Below are positions 1 to 10,923 of a DNA stretch of 45,757 nucleotides, in pieces. Each line of letters starts with the position of its first letter. The stretch's first letter is position 1. The stretch comes from Lama guanicoe. Taxonomy: Eukaryota. Both the position numbers and the translations under genes were made by a program. The notes under the pieces were generated by a model. It had not been told where the DNA came from, ran no database searches, and was given only the letters and a program-made list of their open reading frames with translations. Location: positions 1 to 45,757 of the forward strand of contig MU053340.1 in the NCBI GenBank assembly GCA_013239625.1. The letters are read 5' to 3'.

Positions 1-345
1 CACAAGGTCCTGGATTCAATCCCAGTACCTCCATTAAAAATAGTGGGGAGAGGGGTGGGAAGGGATAAACTGGGCATTGGAGACTTGCAAATACTAACTA
101 CTATAAATAAAACAGATAAACAAGTTTATACTGTATACCACAGGGAACTGTATTCAGCATCTTCTAGTAACTTATGGTTAAAAAATAAGAAAACAAATCT
201 ATGTATGTTCCTACATGACTGTGTATTGTGCTGTACACCAGAAATTGACACAACATTGTAAACTGACTGTATTTCAATAAAAATTTATTTTTAAGAAACA
301 ATATATGTAAATAAGTAAATAAAAATGTGATTACCTCCTCCCTCT
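1..345 (+). mobile_element. Camelid Vic-1-type SINE (1-41, tail ~300-345) interrupted by an L1 3'-end fragment (~43-295)
   Basis: 'ggtcctggattcaatcccagtacctcca' is SINE core. The L1 3' UTR 'tgctgtacaccagaaattgacacaacattgtaaactgact' is shared with 27926-28233. Confidence 0.75.
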
Positions 346-1304
346 CATAAAATAAAGTCAGCATGTTAAATAATTTTCTTGAAATACTGCAACTAGCACC
401 CAGTTTACTTCCCTCACAGCCCTTACAATCATCTAATTTTAGTCCTTTTGAATTGTCTGGCACACCCTCTGGCCACTAAACTTCATGGAGAAGGAGCTTG
501 ATCTTACTCCTGGCGTTAAATACATAATGGATTTTAAGTGGAATTGATTCCAAGATTGGCCAGTGAGGAATGGGTCTGTTGTTATAATCAGCTTTCTGAA
601 AATTTTAGCATCGATACTGAATCCCTTCCTCTCACTTTTCACAAGAAGCTAGACTTCTTAAAGCCCAAACATGGATATGATTGAAGTGTCCCTGGCTTAA
701 ACTTAATTTAAAGTAATTTGGTATAAATTGAATTAAAATAATTATCTTGTGCAGAAGAAACTTCAAATACTTTTTCAGAATGTAACCATTGTCTCTTTCT
801 CTACTTTGTTCCCTTCATAACAAACTTGAAAACGCTGGGGTGAGTTACATAATTAGAAATCTAGCTGCAAATTAAGTTCTCAATGACATGAAACACGTTT
901 TTACTCCTTTAAAAAATCTTACATGCAGTACATTAATATTTTCTTTTAGAAATTACTTTGACAACTTAATCCCTAATTCAGGACATCCATATAATTAATT
1001 TATAGAAAGGTTTTTCAGTAAAATACTTCACATAAAATGTATATGAGATGCTGAGATCTGGATAACAATACACCTTATTTGAAAGGCATTCACAGTTTTC
1101 AAATGCTGCAGCACAATCCCACTTAAGGCCATAGTTACTTGGTTCCTAAATGCTTGGGATTCTGCTTGAGGGAAGTTTTAAAAGGCCTGTGTCTTCTCCT
1201 GTGTCCACAACTGTAGAAGCACACTGATGGCCCTCATTCCTGCTCTCCAAATTTCAAATAAGGGGTCAGAGCCAAGGGTAAGGATAACCAAGAAAGTCTT
1301 AAGT

Positions 1305-1437
1305 GGGGAGGATATAGTTGAAGTGGCAGAGAACATGCTTAGCAAGCACGAGGTCCTGGGTTCTACCCCCAGCACCTCCTCTAAAAACAAGTAAATAAAT
1401 GAATAAACCTAATTATCGCCCCCCCCTCAAAAAAAAA
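1305..1437 (+). mobile_element. Vic-1-type tRNA-derived SINE
   Basis: ggggaggatatagttgaagtggcagag...gtcctgggttc core, A-tail, TSD AAAGTCTTA (1293-1301 and 1438-1446). Confidence 0.85.
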
Positions 1438-1447
1438 AAAGTCTTAC

Positions 1448-1546
1448 CCATAAACCACAACCAGCAATTTCTGGAATGCATCTGTCATAGCCTTTGAATA
1501 GCAAGCTTCTGGGTTATCTTCCTTTTCTTAAGGAATAATAATGGCC
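1448..1546 (-). pseudogene. RDM1: RDM1 pseudogene exon 5 (frameshift and stop)
   Basis: 99 nt. Reads ATT CAA AGG CTA TGA where IQKAMTDAFQKLL is expected (-1 nt); donor GTAAGA. Confidence 0.88.
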
Positions 1547-2451
1547 CTAAATCCAAGAAAAACAAATGGACTTAAAATGCCTATCTGAATAATTGATTTC
1601 TGTTATACATTTAAAAAGAAAAATGCATCTGTGATTCTTAGATCACTATCACAGCAATTAAGGACAGGGCCAACACACACGTGTGGCTGAATGGCTCTGT
1701 TGTAGATACATCCTGGCAGGACACATTTTTACTGCCCAGATCGATTCTGGAAGTTCCTGAAGTACTAGACAGGAGATGCAAGCCAAAAATGCGGCACAAA
1801 TCTCCCATCACTCAGATTTCAAATGGACAAGCTGAAGCTATGCTCCTGCTCTCCCGTGCATAAACAGCTGGAATCGCACAATGAGACAAATTTGGTGGTG
1901 GTGCAGATGATCTGGTCTCTCCCAGGGCATCAGCCACTAGGGTGGATGGTGGAGCCTCCTCCACTCCATTAACTAACAGACCTGCCTCTGACTTAAAACC
2001 CTAACCCCAAATACCACAGGTTCTAGGAAAAAAACTCAGTACCAGCTGGAAAAACCTTTCTAGGGATCTACATTTGACTTTATCCACTCAAGTCCTTGTA
2101 TAGGAAGCAAAGGACTGAAAATTTACACAAGAATTTAAATCTTCAGATGATGATTTTGTTGGGATAACTGAAGGCTACAAGAAATCTGTATTGGAAAGGA
2201 CTATTTTAGCACAAAACAAATTAGTAACCAAAAATGGGGAAAAAAAATTTCCCTCCTCCTAAGCTTGACAGGCAGAGCTCTAAAATTTTAAAGTTAAAGG
2301 TTCTGTAAGGCATCACCTAAGATAAGAACCTATATTGCAAGGCAGAAAAACTCTGCCCAGGGCTTTAGTTGCTTAGCCAGGGTGATGTATCTGAAAAAAA
2401 AAGTTTTAGAAAGAAAGAAAAAAGGAGAAATCCCACCCCCTCACTACCCAC

Positions 2452-2617
2452 CACACACTGGGTAGTCCCAGGGTTCCTCGGCCATGCCAGCTCCAGGACT
2501 CCTGCCCTCACAGGACGGCAACACCACCTCTAAAGCACGGAACTTCAGGCCTTGCTTCTGATGTGGTGCCACAGTATCTTCATTTTCCCTTTCTTCAAGG
2601 TCAGAAAGATCCTGAAG
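2452..2617 (-). pseudogene. RDM1: RDM1 pseudogene exon 4
   Basis: 166 nt, LQDLSDLEERENEDTVAPHQKQGLKFRALEVVLPSCEGRSPGAGMAEEP; cag| acceptor and |GTGGGT donor. Confidence 0.88.
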
Positions 2618-2640
2618 CTGGTAGAATTTTGGTGATGAGT

Positions 2641-2742
2641 TTTTGGGGTTTTGGGGGTTTTTTTAATGGAGGTCCTGGGGATTGAACCCGGGACCTCATG
2701 CATGCCAAGCACATGCTCTACCACTGAGGTACACCCCTACCC
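2641..2742 (-). mobile_element. Vic-1-type SINE
   Basis: 'ggaggtcctggggattgaacccgggacctcatgcatgccaagcacatgctctaccactgag' core. Confidence 0.8.
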
Positions 2743-3091
2743 AGGACTCTGAATTAAAGGCAAGGCTTCAAAATATTTTATTAGAAGTAAAAACTGAACT
2801 CCAGCAAGCCCACTTAATAGTTGAGGTGTCCTGTTGCTTCAAAATCAAGTAAGACTCACAGATGAATTACTAGGTATGGGCAACTATTTTTTATTACATA
2901 CCATACACATACTGGAGAAAATTATGAACACCACCACCAAGTCACTGAGATTATCGTTAATACTACGTGGCAGGTCAATGCTCAGAAACTTGTCTCTAAC
3001 ATCTCCCCACAATCCAGTTCTAGTCTTCTCTCTGAAGTCTAGGATTTCAATATTGAAAGGAGTCTGGTTAGTCAAAGAAAATCTAGTTTAC

Positions 3092-3214
3092 CTTTATGAC
3101 CCTTTTTGACCATCCAGTGAATCCAAAATAGTAACTGGCCAATTCTTGGCATCTGGAGCTGCTTAGAGCAAGGGGATTAGGTTGAACTGCCTTATGCCTG
3201 GTGCCCAGACAAAC
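3092..3214 (-). pseudogene. RDM1: RDM1 pseudogene exon 3
   Basis: 123 nt, open frame, tag| acceptor and |GTAAAC donor. Confidence 0.9.
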
Positions 3215-3908
3215 CTAAAGACATAAGAGGCCTAAAAATATCACAACTTCACACAGAGACTTATTTTGGATACACCTGAGATTTATCAATACCAAACTGA
3301 TAAGTGTGGTTGTGAAGATTAAATAGGACCACAGTTTAAGCAATGAGTTCATAGGAAGCCCTAAATAAATATTATAACTTTTAAATCAATACTTTCCTGT
3401 ATCACTTCCAGTGCCTCTGATTAATCGGAAGGTTTCCCTGACCTCTGATGGTGAAGGTGATGATGAAAGCAACCAAGGAAGTCCTGCAGAAGCCTATTAC
3501 AGGCTTGTGGGTAAGCAAAGGAAGTAAATTGTTTAGTCATGTCATCCTGCAGCTCCTGCTTGAGAATATGACCTGAAGAGGAGATAAGATGGACCTACCA
3601 CTGAAATAGGACCTGAATCTGTAGCAGCTCCACTCCCTATGTAACTAACCCCTGTGAGAAGGAACACACATACTTCTACACATTTTATAAACAACTAAAA
3701 GTATTAGCACTCTTTTAGCATCATCTGCGTTAGCAAGTTCCTTTGAGAGTCCAAGTATCTCGTGTTAGCTCTCTAAGTAACTTAACACATTACTGTGGAT
3801 TTCTTACATTGCTAGTTCTTTCTTATATCTCCATTTCAATTTTAGATAGGATGTAGTATAGAAATATATTCATAAAAGTTTACATACAAATCAAGTCAAA
3901 GCATTCTT

Positions 3909-5064
3909 TTTTTTTTTTTCTTTTTTTCATACAGCTCCCTTGCCCAAAAGATGGCAGGATGTGGTCAACTCCTCCAAAGAAAAGACACAAACGAAGAGGC
4001 AGACAAGAAAATCATTACAAGTCTCTGCCCAGGGAAGGCAACAGTGCCAGGTGTTTCCTTGAGTATACACACAGGACGGTTCTTCCCTCACCAGGGGACC
4101 AGTCCCAGAGGTCCAATCTCCTTCTCCAGGAGCTAGGTGGTAGCAGAGCCAGCCTTAGGCTGGGTCCCACCCCTGGCTAGACTCCTGGGGCTGGCCCAGG
4201 CTGGGAGTGGGCTTCCTTCTCACTGCCGGCTCCCTGGGGGAAGTGGAACCAGCAGAGGAGCCCCTGCTAGGGGAAGACCATGAAGAGAGAAGGGAGCCGC
4301 GCTAGCCCTGGTCCCCGTCATTCCATGCTTTCCCCTGATCTAGATCAATCTGACCTGGGCTGACCCTCCCCACTCCACTCCCGCCCATGCCTTCAGAAGG
4401 CTGGTCTAGGGGAGCCCCTGTGTGAGGCACTGGCCTCAAGACCTGATTCTGTAAGGTGTTGACAAAAGAAAAACCAGACATCGAGGCAACAGGAGAGGAA
4501 CAAAAGCAGCCAACACTGGAAGGGACTCATGACACTAGGACAATCCCATCCCCTACCGCTGGGGCACTGGAGCCCCTATAAGCCTGCTGGGCCCTCCAAA
4601 ACCGTAACATCCTATGGAGACCTGGACCTGCCCCTCTCTTCACAAAGACCTTTCCTGGGTCTCACTCTCCCTGTAAAGCACACCACAGACACATCACTCT
4701 GATCTGAGCAAACAGTGCCTCGCTCAGTTCTCAAGACCTGTCCTTAGTCCCACTACTTCCCTCTGCATCGTCCCGCGCGGAGCCAGGCGAACGAGGCAAG
4801 CGGGGCGCGGCTCGCGTGCGCGCGTGCGGCCTCTCCCTTCCCCATCGCTGAATTCGCTTCCTCCGTCCCTCGCAGCTCCGGTGGGTAATGGCTCTGGCCC
4901 ATGCACCCTAGCTGCCGGCGCTGCGCCGCGCCTTTCTGGGCTCGGCGCCTAGTCGACCTCTGGCCCCGAGCGGGTAGTCAAGAGAGCCCCGCGCCGAACC
5001 ACCGCCGCCTTCCCGCCCCGCCACTACTACGCGCTCCCTTCCCCACCCGCACCCCACTCCCCGC
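3909..5064 (-). mobile_element. Probable L1-mediated retrocopy of a non-repeat, CpG-island-initiated transcript, inside RDM1 pseudogene intron
   Basis: Poly-T at 3907-3927 and flanking direct repeat CAAAGCATTCTT (3897-3908) / CAAAGCATTATT (5065-5076). GC-rich body sits in AT-rich flanks. Confidence 0.65.
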
Positions 5065-5249
5065 CAAAGCATTATTCTATATTGATTTGTTTAGGGGGTC
5101 ACCTTGCAGCGCCAGGCTCGTGCGGGGTGGGGGTTGGTCACCTTGCAAAGCCACGCTCGTGCAGCGGGGGGCGTCACCTGGCCCGGGACTCCCAGTTATT
5201 GGGGCGAGGGCGGCTTTCTGCATCCCTCTCTCCACCCTGGCCAGTTCAC

Positions 5250-5344
5250 CTGCAAGGCCTCGGTCCTGGGTCCGAACTCGGCTCCCACACCAGCAAGGTT
5301 TTGTCACTCCGGATGGGAACTGCGAAAGGCACCAACTCAGCCAT
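5250..5344 (-). pseudogene. RDM1: RDM1 pseudogene exon 1 (frameshifted)
   Basis: ATG at 5344; donor AG|GTGAAC at 5249. Length is 95 nt versus 96 expected; the ...GPRTEALQ end is out of frame. Confidence 0.88.
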
Positions 5345-6522
5345 CACAGTAGTAGTCACCGCGGTGCGCTGTGGTTCTCTGACCGTTCCTGCGCCCCCTC
5401 CCACTCTGGACGGGTCTTGGCCTCTAGTTCCCTTCCCACAGCCCGGCAGCCTCCAGGTCTTTGGAGTTTAGTGCTTCTGTTCAAGTGTATTTTTAGGGTA
5501 GAGTCCAAAGGGTTAGTTTACAGGATCAAGTGGTACAAATGTCTTTACAGCAGATAGCTTCATTTTCAAACTCCCATAGAAGACTAGAATACTAGGTAGT
5601 TACCACTAACTACCCACAGAACTTTAAAAATTTAAACTTCCCAACTCTGTGGAATGTGACCACTAAAGTGAAATCCTTTGACCTGAGTGTTTGCATGAGT
5701 TTTAAATATATCAAGATATAGCTCATTAAATCTATCAACTGTCTAACATGAAATCATTGAAAAGAATTCCCTGACTTTCCTTCATGATTTTAATGAATGA
5801 TGTATGAGAGCTGGTGGAGGTAGATGATGTGGGAAGTTGGGAGGTAAGGTGAGGAGGAGAGAGAAGTTTGGAAAAAGTTGGTCGAATTAGGGCACCAACA
5901 TTGGAGCTCATGGTGCTGGTGCCGGAGAAGGGCTGTTCTAGGCATCCTAAAAGTTGGCTGTGTTACCGAGGAAATAGAGCAGATCCCTTGAGGTTTCCAA
6001 ACAATGGTCTTCAGACCCATGCTGCACTATGATGAAGTTTTTACTAGTTCTCAGCAAAATGGGAAAAGGACAGTATAATCAAGGTTTATATATTTTTAAC
6101 ACAGAACAAAATCTATTCCTTCGTATTATCCTACAAATATGACTTTCCTTCAATTTGATGCTAAAAACTGTCTTATGAAGAGATACTGATAAAGGATAGT
6201 TGTTTTGATTAACACTTAGGCATTAAAATTAAAAGTTGGAAACTTTCACAGTCTTTAATTTTTTTTCTTTGACATTTCACTGGTCTGTGAAATCCAAAAG
6301 TCTGGAAATCACTGAATAGTCAAATCACTCATTTTATAGCTGAAGGAGTAAAAGTTCAGAGTAGGATTATGAGTGGCTCAAGATAAAACACAAGTTTAGT
6401 CAGACAGGACTGATGGTGGTTCTGTGCAGGGCATTCCTCCAACTGTCCCTTTTCTGTCTTTGCAGTGTCCTTAAGCAGGTTTTACTCCAATCAGCACCAT
6501 CCGAGCAAAGCAGATCCTGAAG

Positions 6523-6651
6523 CTTTTTATTTTGGTGGGGTGGGTTATTAGGTTTATTTATCATTTTTTTATTTAACAGAGGTACTAGGATTGAACCCAT
6601 GACCTTGTGCATGCTAAGAATGCACTCTGCCACTAAGCTATACCCTCCCCC
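6523..6651 (-). mobile_element. Vic-1-type SINE
   Basis: Same core; flanked by an imperfect TSD CTGAAG(C/A)TTTTT. Confidence 0.8.
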
Positions 6652-7201
6652 CTGAAGATTTTTAATTATCTAGATTCTACTCTATTCTCCCAAAGTACCC
6701 CCAAATCACTGGCACCTGGCACCATTTCTCCCCTCCCCTCCACTACCTTCTCCACCGCAATATACCAGACCCTTAGCCCCACCCATGACCTACTTCTGAG
6801 CTTTCTCACTTCAAAAATAGTTGGCTTTGGAGGAAAAACTTAAATCCTGATACTGTTTCAAACCAATAATTAAGATTTTACTACCACTGTATTCATTGTA
6901 TGTATCTATTCATTGTCTCCATTATGCTTGTGTGTCTCTGCTCCCCCAGCTAGATTATGAACGCCTCATGAACAACAGTTATGCTTTGTCTGCTAGTCCC
7001 GAGCACACTCCTCCTCTGTTAGGTACTCAAATACGCGTGGAATTAATAATGAATACGTTAACACAGTCTTTGCACAAGGGATGCTTTCATAAATCCAAAA
7101 ATATAGGAACTTCTTCATTATGGTCTTCTCGGTTTGCAAATGACAGTCAGGGAACCAGGGGCCCGGACCTGGATGGAACAAGGACGAAGCCCTAGAAACC
7201 A

Positions 7202-7231
7202 TTTATTGCTGGGGCTCTGGTCAGTTTTATT
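7202..7231 (-). terminator. Candidate LYZL6 polyadenylation signals (two AATAAA)
   Basis: TTTATT at 7226-7231 and 7202-7207, 120-145 nt past the stop codon. Confidence 0.6.
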
Positions 7232-7348
7232 TGTAAACAGGAAGGGAAGAAAATGACAGGAAGTGGAGGCAAGAGGAAGAAGAAATGAAGAATTCCGAAG
7301 TGAGGAGAGGAATTCTGGAGTGACCTCACCGCAGGCCTGTACCCTGCC

Positions 7349-7418
7349 TCATCCCATGTGGCACCCTGTCATCCAGCAGGAGAGTGGCTGGCCTGCACAG
7401 TGCAGCCTGCATTTTACC
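7349..7418 (-). CDS. LYZL6: LYZL6 coding exon 4
   Basis: 70 nt, VKCRLHCAGQPLSCWMTGCHMG*; cag| acceptor. Confidence 0.9.
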
Positions 7419-10400
7419 CTGTGGAGAGAAAGAAGACCAGTTCTTGCTTCCACCTGACCAGCTGCTTCCCCGCCCACATGACCCAGAATAGTGAGGCTTC
7501 CACGCAGAGCCACGCCCAGCATCCCCTTCATGCCCAGCCGTCTAATCTGTCCTCCTTCAGTGCCTCTGATTCTTCCTTTAAATTCCGTTATCCGTGTTGT
7601 TTGCCCTCTTCCCCATTCAATTTGCTTCCACATTTCTTTTTTTTTTTTAATAGATGCACTGAGGATTGGACACAGGACCTCCTGCATGCTAAACTTGCAC
7701 TCTACCACTAAGCTGTACACCCCCCACCACAGGCTTTTGAATTTTTATTATTTTTATTGTTATTTGCTTCTACATTTTCAAATCCTTATCTCCCTCTGAA
7801 GGAGGAGAGCACTGTGTTACAGGGCTGAGAGTTATTAAAAAACAAACAAAAAATCCCAGAGGCAACCATTGACTTTTTTTTCCATGATAGTCATCCCCTC
7901 TTTTGCATGTGTTTTTAGAGAATGCAAGGCACTTAAATCCTTCCCTTTTTCAGTTTCACACAGAGACAGCCACTGATATTATTTATATATCTAGTTTGAA
8001 GATCAGAGAAGTTAAGTAACCATCCCGATGTCCCCCATTGGTAAGCTGACAGCTGGGGTGTCTGCCCAGCTGATGAACAACACACTTATTCCAGAAAATG
8101 TTGCTGCCAGCTATGGAGAGAGGGCCCTGTGGCAGCCAGGTTTCTGTTGCTCCACTGCTCCCAGGCCTACGGCTGATTGAATCAAGCAGGGACACAGGGT
8201 CTAAGCTGAACCCATCAGATTCTCTAGCTCAAGCACTTGAACTGGGACTGAGCCTAGCCAGGCTCTGTGTGGTTGCTTAGGACATTAGCCCATAAATTCA
8301 GGGCAGACATGGTCCTGTGGACAGTAGAGCAGAGAAAGCTGGTCTGCAGAGGAAGTCGTAAAGCAAATACACCAAGAGAAGCAGAAACCTGCCAAGGAAA
8401 GCTTGCTGACAGTTTCCGGCCCTGCTTCCGTCCTCCTCCTGAGGCCCAACCTCACCCCTCGTGTGGGCTCAGTAAGACCCCTTGTCCTCTCAGAGTAAAT
8501 CTCCTTCGGCTAGCTCAGGCGGTTCTGTCACTGCAACCAAAAGAGTTTGGTTTAACTCAGTCAGAGGAAGAGCCAGATCTCGGGGTTCCAAGCCCTGCCA
8601 CTAGCCCACATCTTTCTAGACTGTAGAAGACATCTAGGCCTGCCCTAGTGTCCCTTTCTCTGTCAGCACATCTTTCTTAAGACCCTGCCCACCAGCTTAG
8701 TCCCACGGGGTCCTCCTCACCAGTTCTTCATGCCCCCTGCTCCAGACACGGTCTTTTTTGCACAGTTGATGATTGAGAGAAGGTTGGGGCTCAGCAGTCC
8801 TGAAAGGGAGAAGGAACTGTACTGGTGACAGCACAGGGGACAGTCCCGAAGACTGAGGCGGTCACTGGCTCTCCCCGCACAGGTGTGTGCCGCCCAGAGG
8901 CCCGAGTACTTCCAGATGGGTCAAGGCCTCCCTCCTAGAGGCCCACTGGGGCATCCATACAATGGCTGCTGGAGGTTGGGGGGTGGCCGGGGGTGGGGGC
9001 AGGAGGGACAGGAAGCCTGAGATTTGGGCTGGTTTACTACCACACTTTCCAGCCAGAGTAGATAGTGGTTCACCCCTAGGTTTGGAGGTTTCAAGGGAAA
9101 GCACAGAGACCAAGGCAAAATCATGCTTAAGGAGGGAGGCACTTCAGGTGAACAAAGGAGGAGATAAGGGACAGAGTCATGGACCCGTGGAGCCTCCTGG
9201 ATCAGCTCTGAGTGGGGAGTTTGACCTTGGCCTTTGGTTAGACTGTTAGCCAAAGACAGTACTGCTTGGTGGTGAGATCTGAGCTTTCAGGGCCACCAGT
9301 TTGGCATTTGGCACTGGTTCTATGAGCCTCAGTTTTCTCGTCTGTAAAGTGGGGATCATACTAGTCAGCACTGCATGGCAGTTTGGATGAAATGAGCTAT
9401 GCATGTAAAGTGCTGAGTGCATAATCCACTCTTAATAAATGCTGGCTGCTGCTGCTCTACTGCTGCTGGCTGTGCAGAGCCTGTCTAGAGCCTGGGGAAC
9501 ACCGCGGCAACTCCTATGGATGGGCAATTCAGGACACAAATCAAGCCCTCTGCTCAGTAAAAGGATTCCCTGATTCCTTGAGCCACCCCACCAGGGGCCA
9601 TTCCCAGGCTGTGCGTAGGAAGGGAAGTCCTATGCATAGAGCCTGGTCACCTCTCTCACCTCTCCCACCCTGGGGCCCTGGCCTGACCTTGACAGTCCAC
9701 GTGGGAAGGGTTTTCCGTGTGACTCTGGTAATCGTTGCACCAGTAGTGGCTGTTGATTTGGAAGATGCCGTAGTCAAAGCTGCCATATGTATTTTCATTT
9801 ACCTTTGCTATGATGAAGTCACTTTCCACAAAAGCCAGGCTCAGCCCTTAGATCAGGGAGAAGAGGGTTTTTAGAGGGGACTAAGCTGAGGGAGAAGGGA
9901 GATGCAGGAGGGAGACCAGGAACCAGAAGAAAGGAGCAAGGCCTTAGAGGCTAGATGGGGCTTGCAGGCTACAACACCCATTAGCTTCTCCTCTCATCCT
10001 TCAGTCCATCCACCCACCCATCAGCACAACCGCCCATCAGTCCATCTGTCCATCCATGCTTTCTGCCCTCAACAACCATCTACTGTGTGCCAGAAACTGT
10101 GCAAAGCCCAGGGAGGGACATTGAGCTGGATCAAGTGCAGATGCCGCCTTCAATGCACATGTAGGAGAAGAATGAAGCTATGTGCCTAAAAAAAACACAA
10201 AGCAAGATGAAAGGAGAGAGTGCTGTGAGAGAGATGTGCACAAATTCTGGGCAGAAGGGAGATTTCTCTACCATGGAGTAGGATAAAGCCTTTACACTGG
10301 CTGTTTCCTCTGCCTGGAATACTCTTCCCCCAGATGTTTGGGGGACCCGGTCCTTTATCCATTCAGCACTGCTCAGTGTCACCTCCTCAGAGAGGCCTTC

Positions 10401-10923
10401 CTTGACTTCTCTTCTGTAACATTGTCACCTATCACTCCCCCTGCTTTACTCCTCTGCATAGCATTTATCAGCACCAGGAAGTACTTCGTATATTTGTATG
10501 TTTTGTTAAGAATGCTTCACATTCTTCCCCTAGAATGTGAACACTGTGAGGGAAGGGACTGTGTTGATATCTATACCCCCAGTGTCTAGAAGAGTTCCTT
10601 GGACATACTAAGTGCTCACTGAATAAGCATTGAACGAATATGCAATGCTGGGAAAGGCTTCTTGGAGAGGCTGTTTTCTGAACTTGACTCTGGAAAACAA
10701 GTGACAGAAAAGGACAGCTGGCCACGTAGGGCATGACCGGGAGAGGAGGTGCAGTGGGGGCTGGGGGGAGGGAATGGCACTCACAGTCACTCAGGGAGTG
10801 GCCCTCAAACCCATCCAAGTCCTCCTTGTGTGGCACTTTGGCCAAGTCACAGCGGCTGATGGGTCTGGCCTGACTTATGGCCACCAGGCAGCTGACCCAG
10901 GAGATGAGTAGCAGGCTGGGCAT
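7349..10923 (-). CDS. LYZL6: Lysozyme-like protein 6 (c-type lysozyme family), 4 coding exons, 148 aa open frame; may be a divergent or decaying paralog
   Basis: join(10785-10923, 9688-9846, 8721-8799, 7349-7418) = 139+159+79+70 = 447 nt. Protein: MPSLLLISWVSCLVAISQARPISRCDLAKVPHKEDLDGFEGHSLSDWLSLAFVESDFIIAKVNENTYGSFDYGIFQINSHYWCNDYQSHTENPSHVDCQGLLSPNLLSIINCAKKTVSGAGGMKNWVKCRLHCAGQPLSCWMTGCHMG*. Has a signal peptide and the ES and DYGIFQIN motifs. Confidence 0.9.
7634..7728 (-). mobile_element. Vic-1-type SINE in LYZL6 last intron
   Basis: Diverged core 'caggacctcctgcatgctaaacttgcactctaccactaagct' with T-tail. Confidence 0.75.
8721..8799 (-). CDS. LYZL6: LYZL6 coding exon 3
   Basis: 79 nt, LLSPNLLSIINCAKKTVSGAGGMKNW; cag| acceptor and |GTGAGG donor. 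Confidence 0.9.
9688..9846 (-). CDS. LYZL6: LYZL6 coding exon 2
   Basis: 159 nt carrying the catalytic Glu/Asp region; aag| acceptor and |GTCAGG donor. Confidence 0.9.
10290..10640 (+). mobile_element. L2 3' fragment
   Basis: 'ctgtttcctctgcctggaatactcttccc...ctagaatgtgaacactgtgagggaagggact...aagtgctcactgaata'. Confidence 0.65.
10785..10923 (-). CDS. LYZL6: LYZL6 coding exon 1
   Basis: ATG at 10923; signal peptide followed by SRCDLA; donor T|GTGAGT. Confidence 0.9.

Larger units (their letters stand above)
1448..5344 (-). pseudogene. RDM1: RDM1 (RAD52 motif containing 1) unprocessed pseudogene, partial; 3' exons probably lie left of the window
   Basis: GT-AG exons: 5250-5344 (MAELVPFAVPIRSDKTLLVWE..., 95 nt, 1-nt deletion), 3092-3214 (VCLGTRHKAVQPNPLALSSSRCQELASYYFGFTGWSKRVIK), 2452-2617 (LQDLSDLEERENED...LEVVLPSCEGRSPG), 1448-1546 (PLLFLKKRKITQKLAIQ, then frameshift to TGA at 1485-1487). 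These match recalled human RDM1. The RRM-encoding exon 2 was not found. Confidence 0.9.

Noticed and set aside
1305..1380. tRNA-like sequences (also at 2660-2740, 6580-6650, 7660-7728, 27795-27880)
   Set aside because: tRNA-derived SINE heads with A-rich tails, some with TSDs; not tRNA genes.
4901..5557. 218-aa plus-strand ORF
   Set aside because: Low-complexity GC-rich frame crossing the retrocopy boundary and antisense to RDM1 exon 1.
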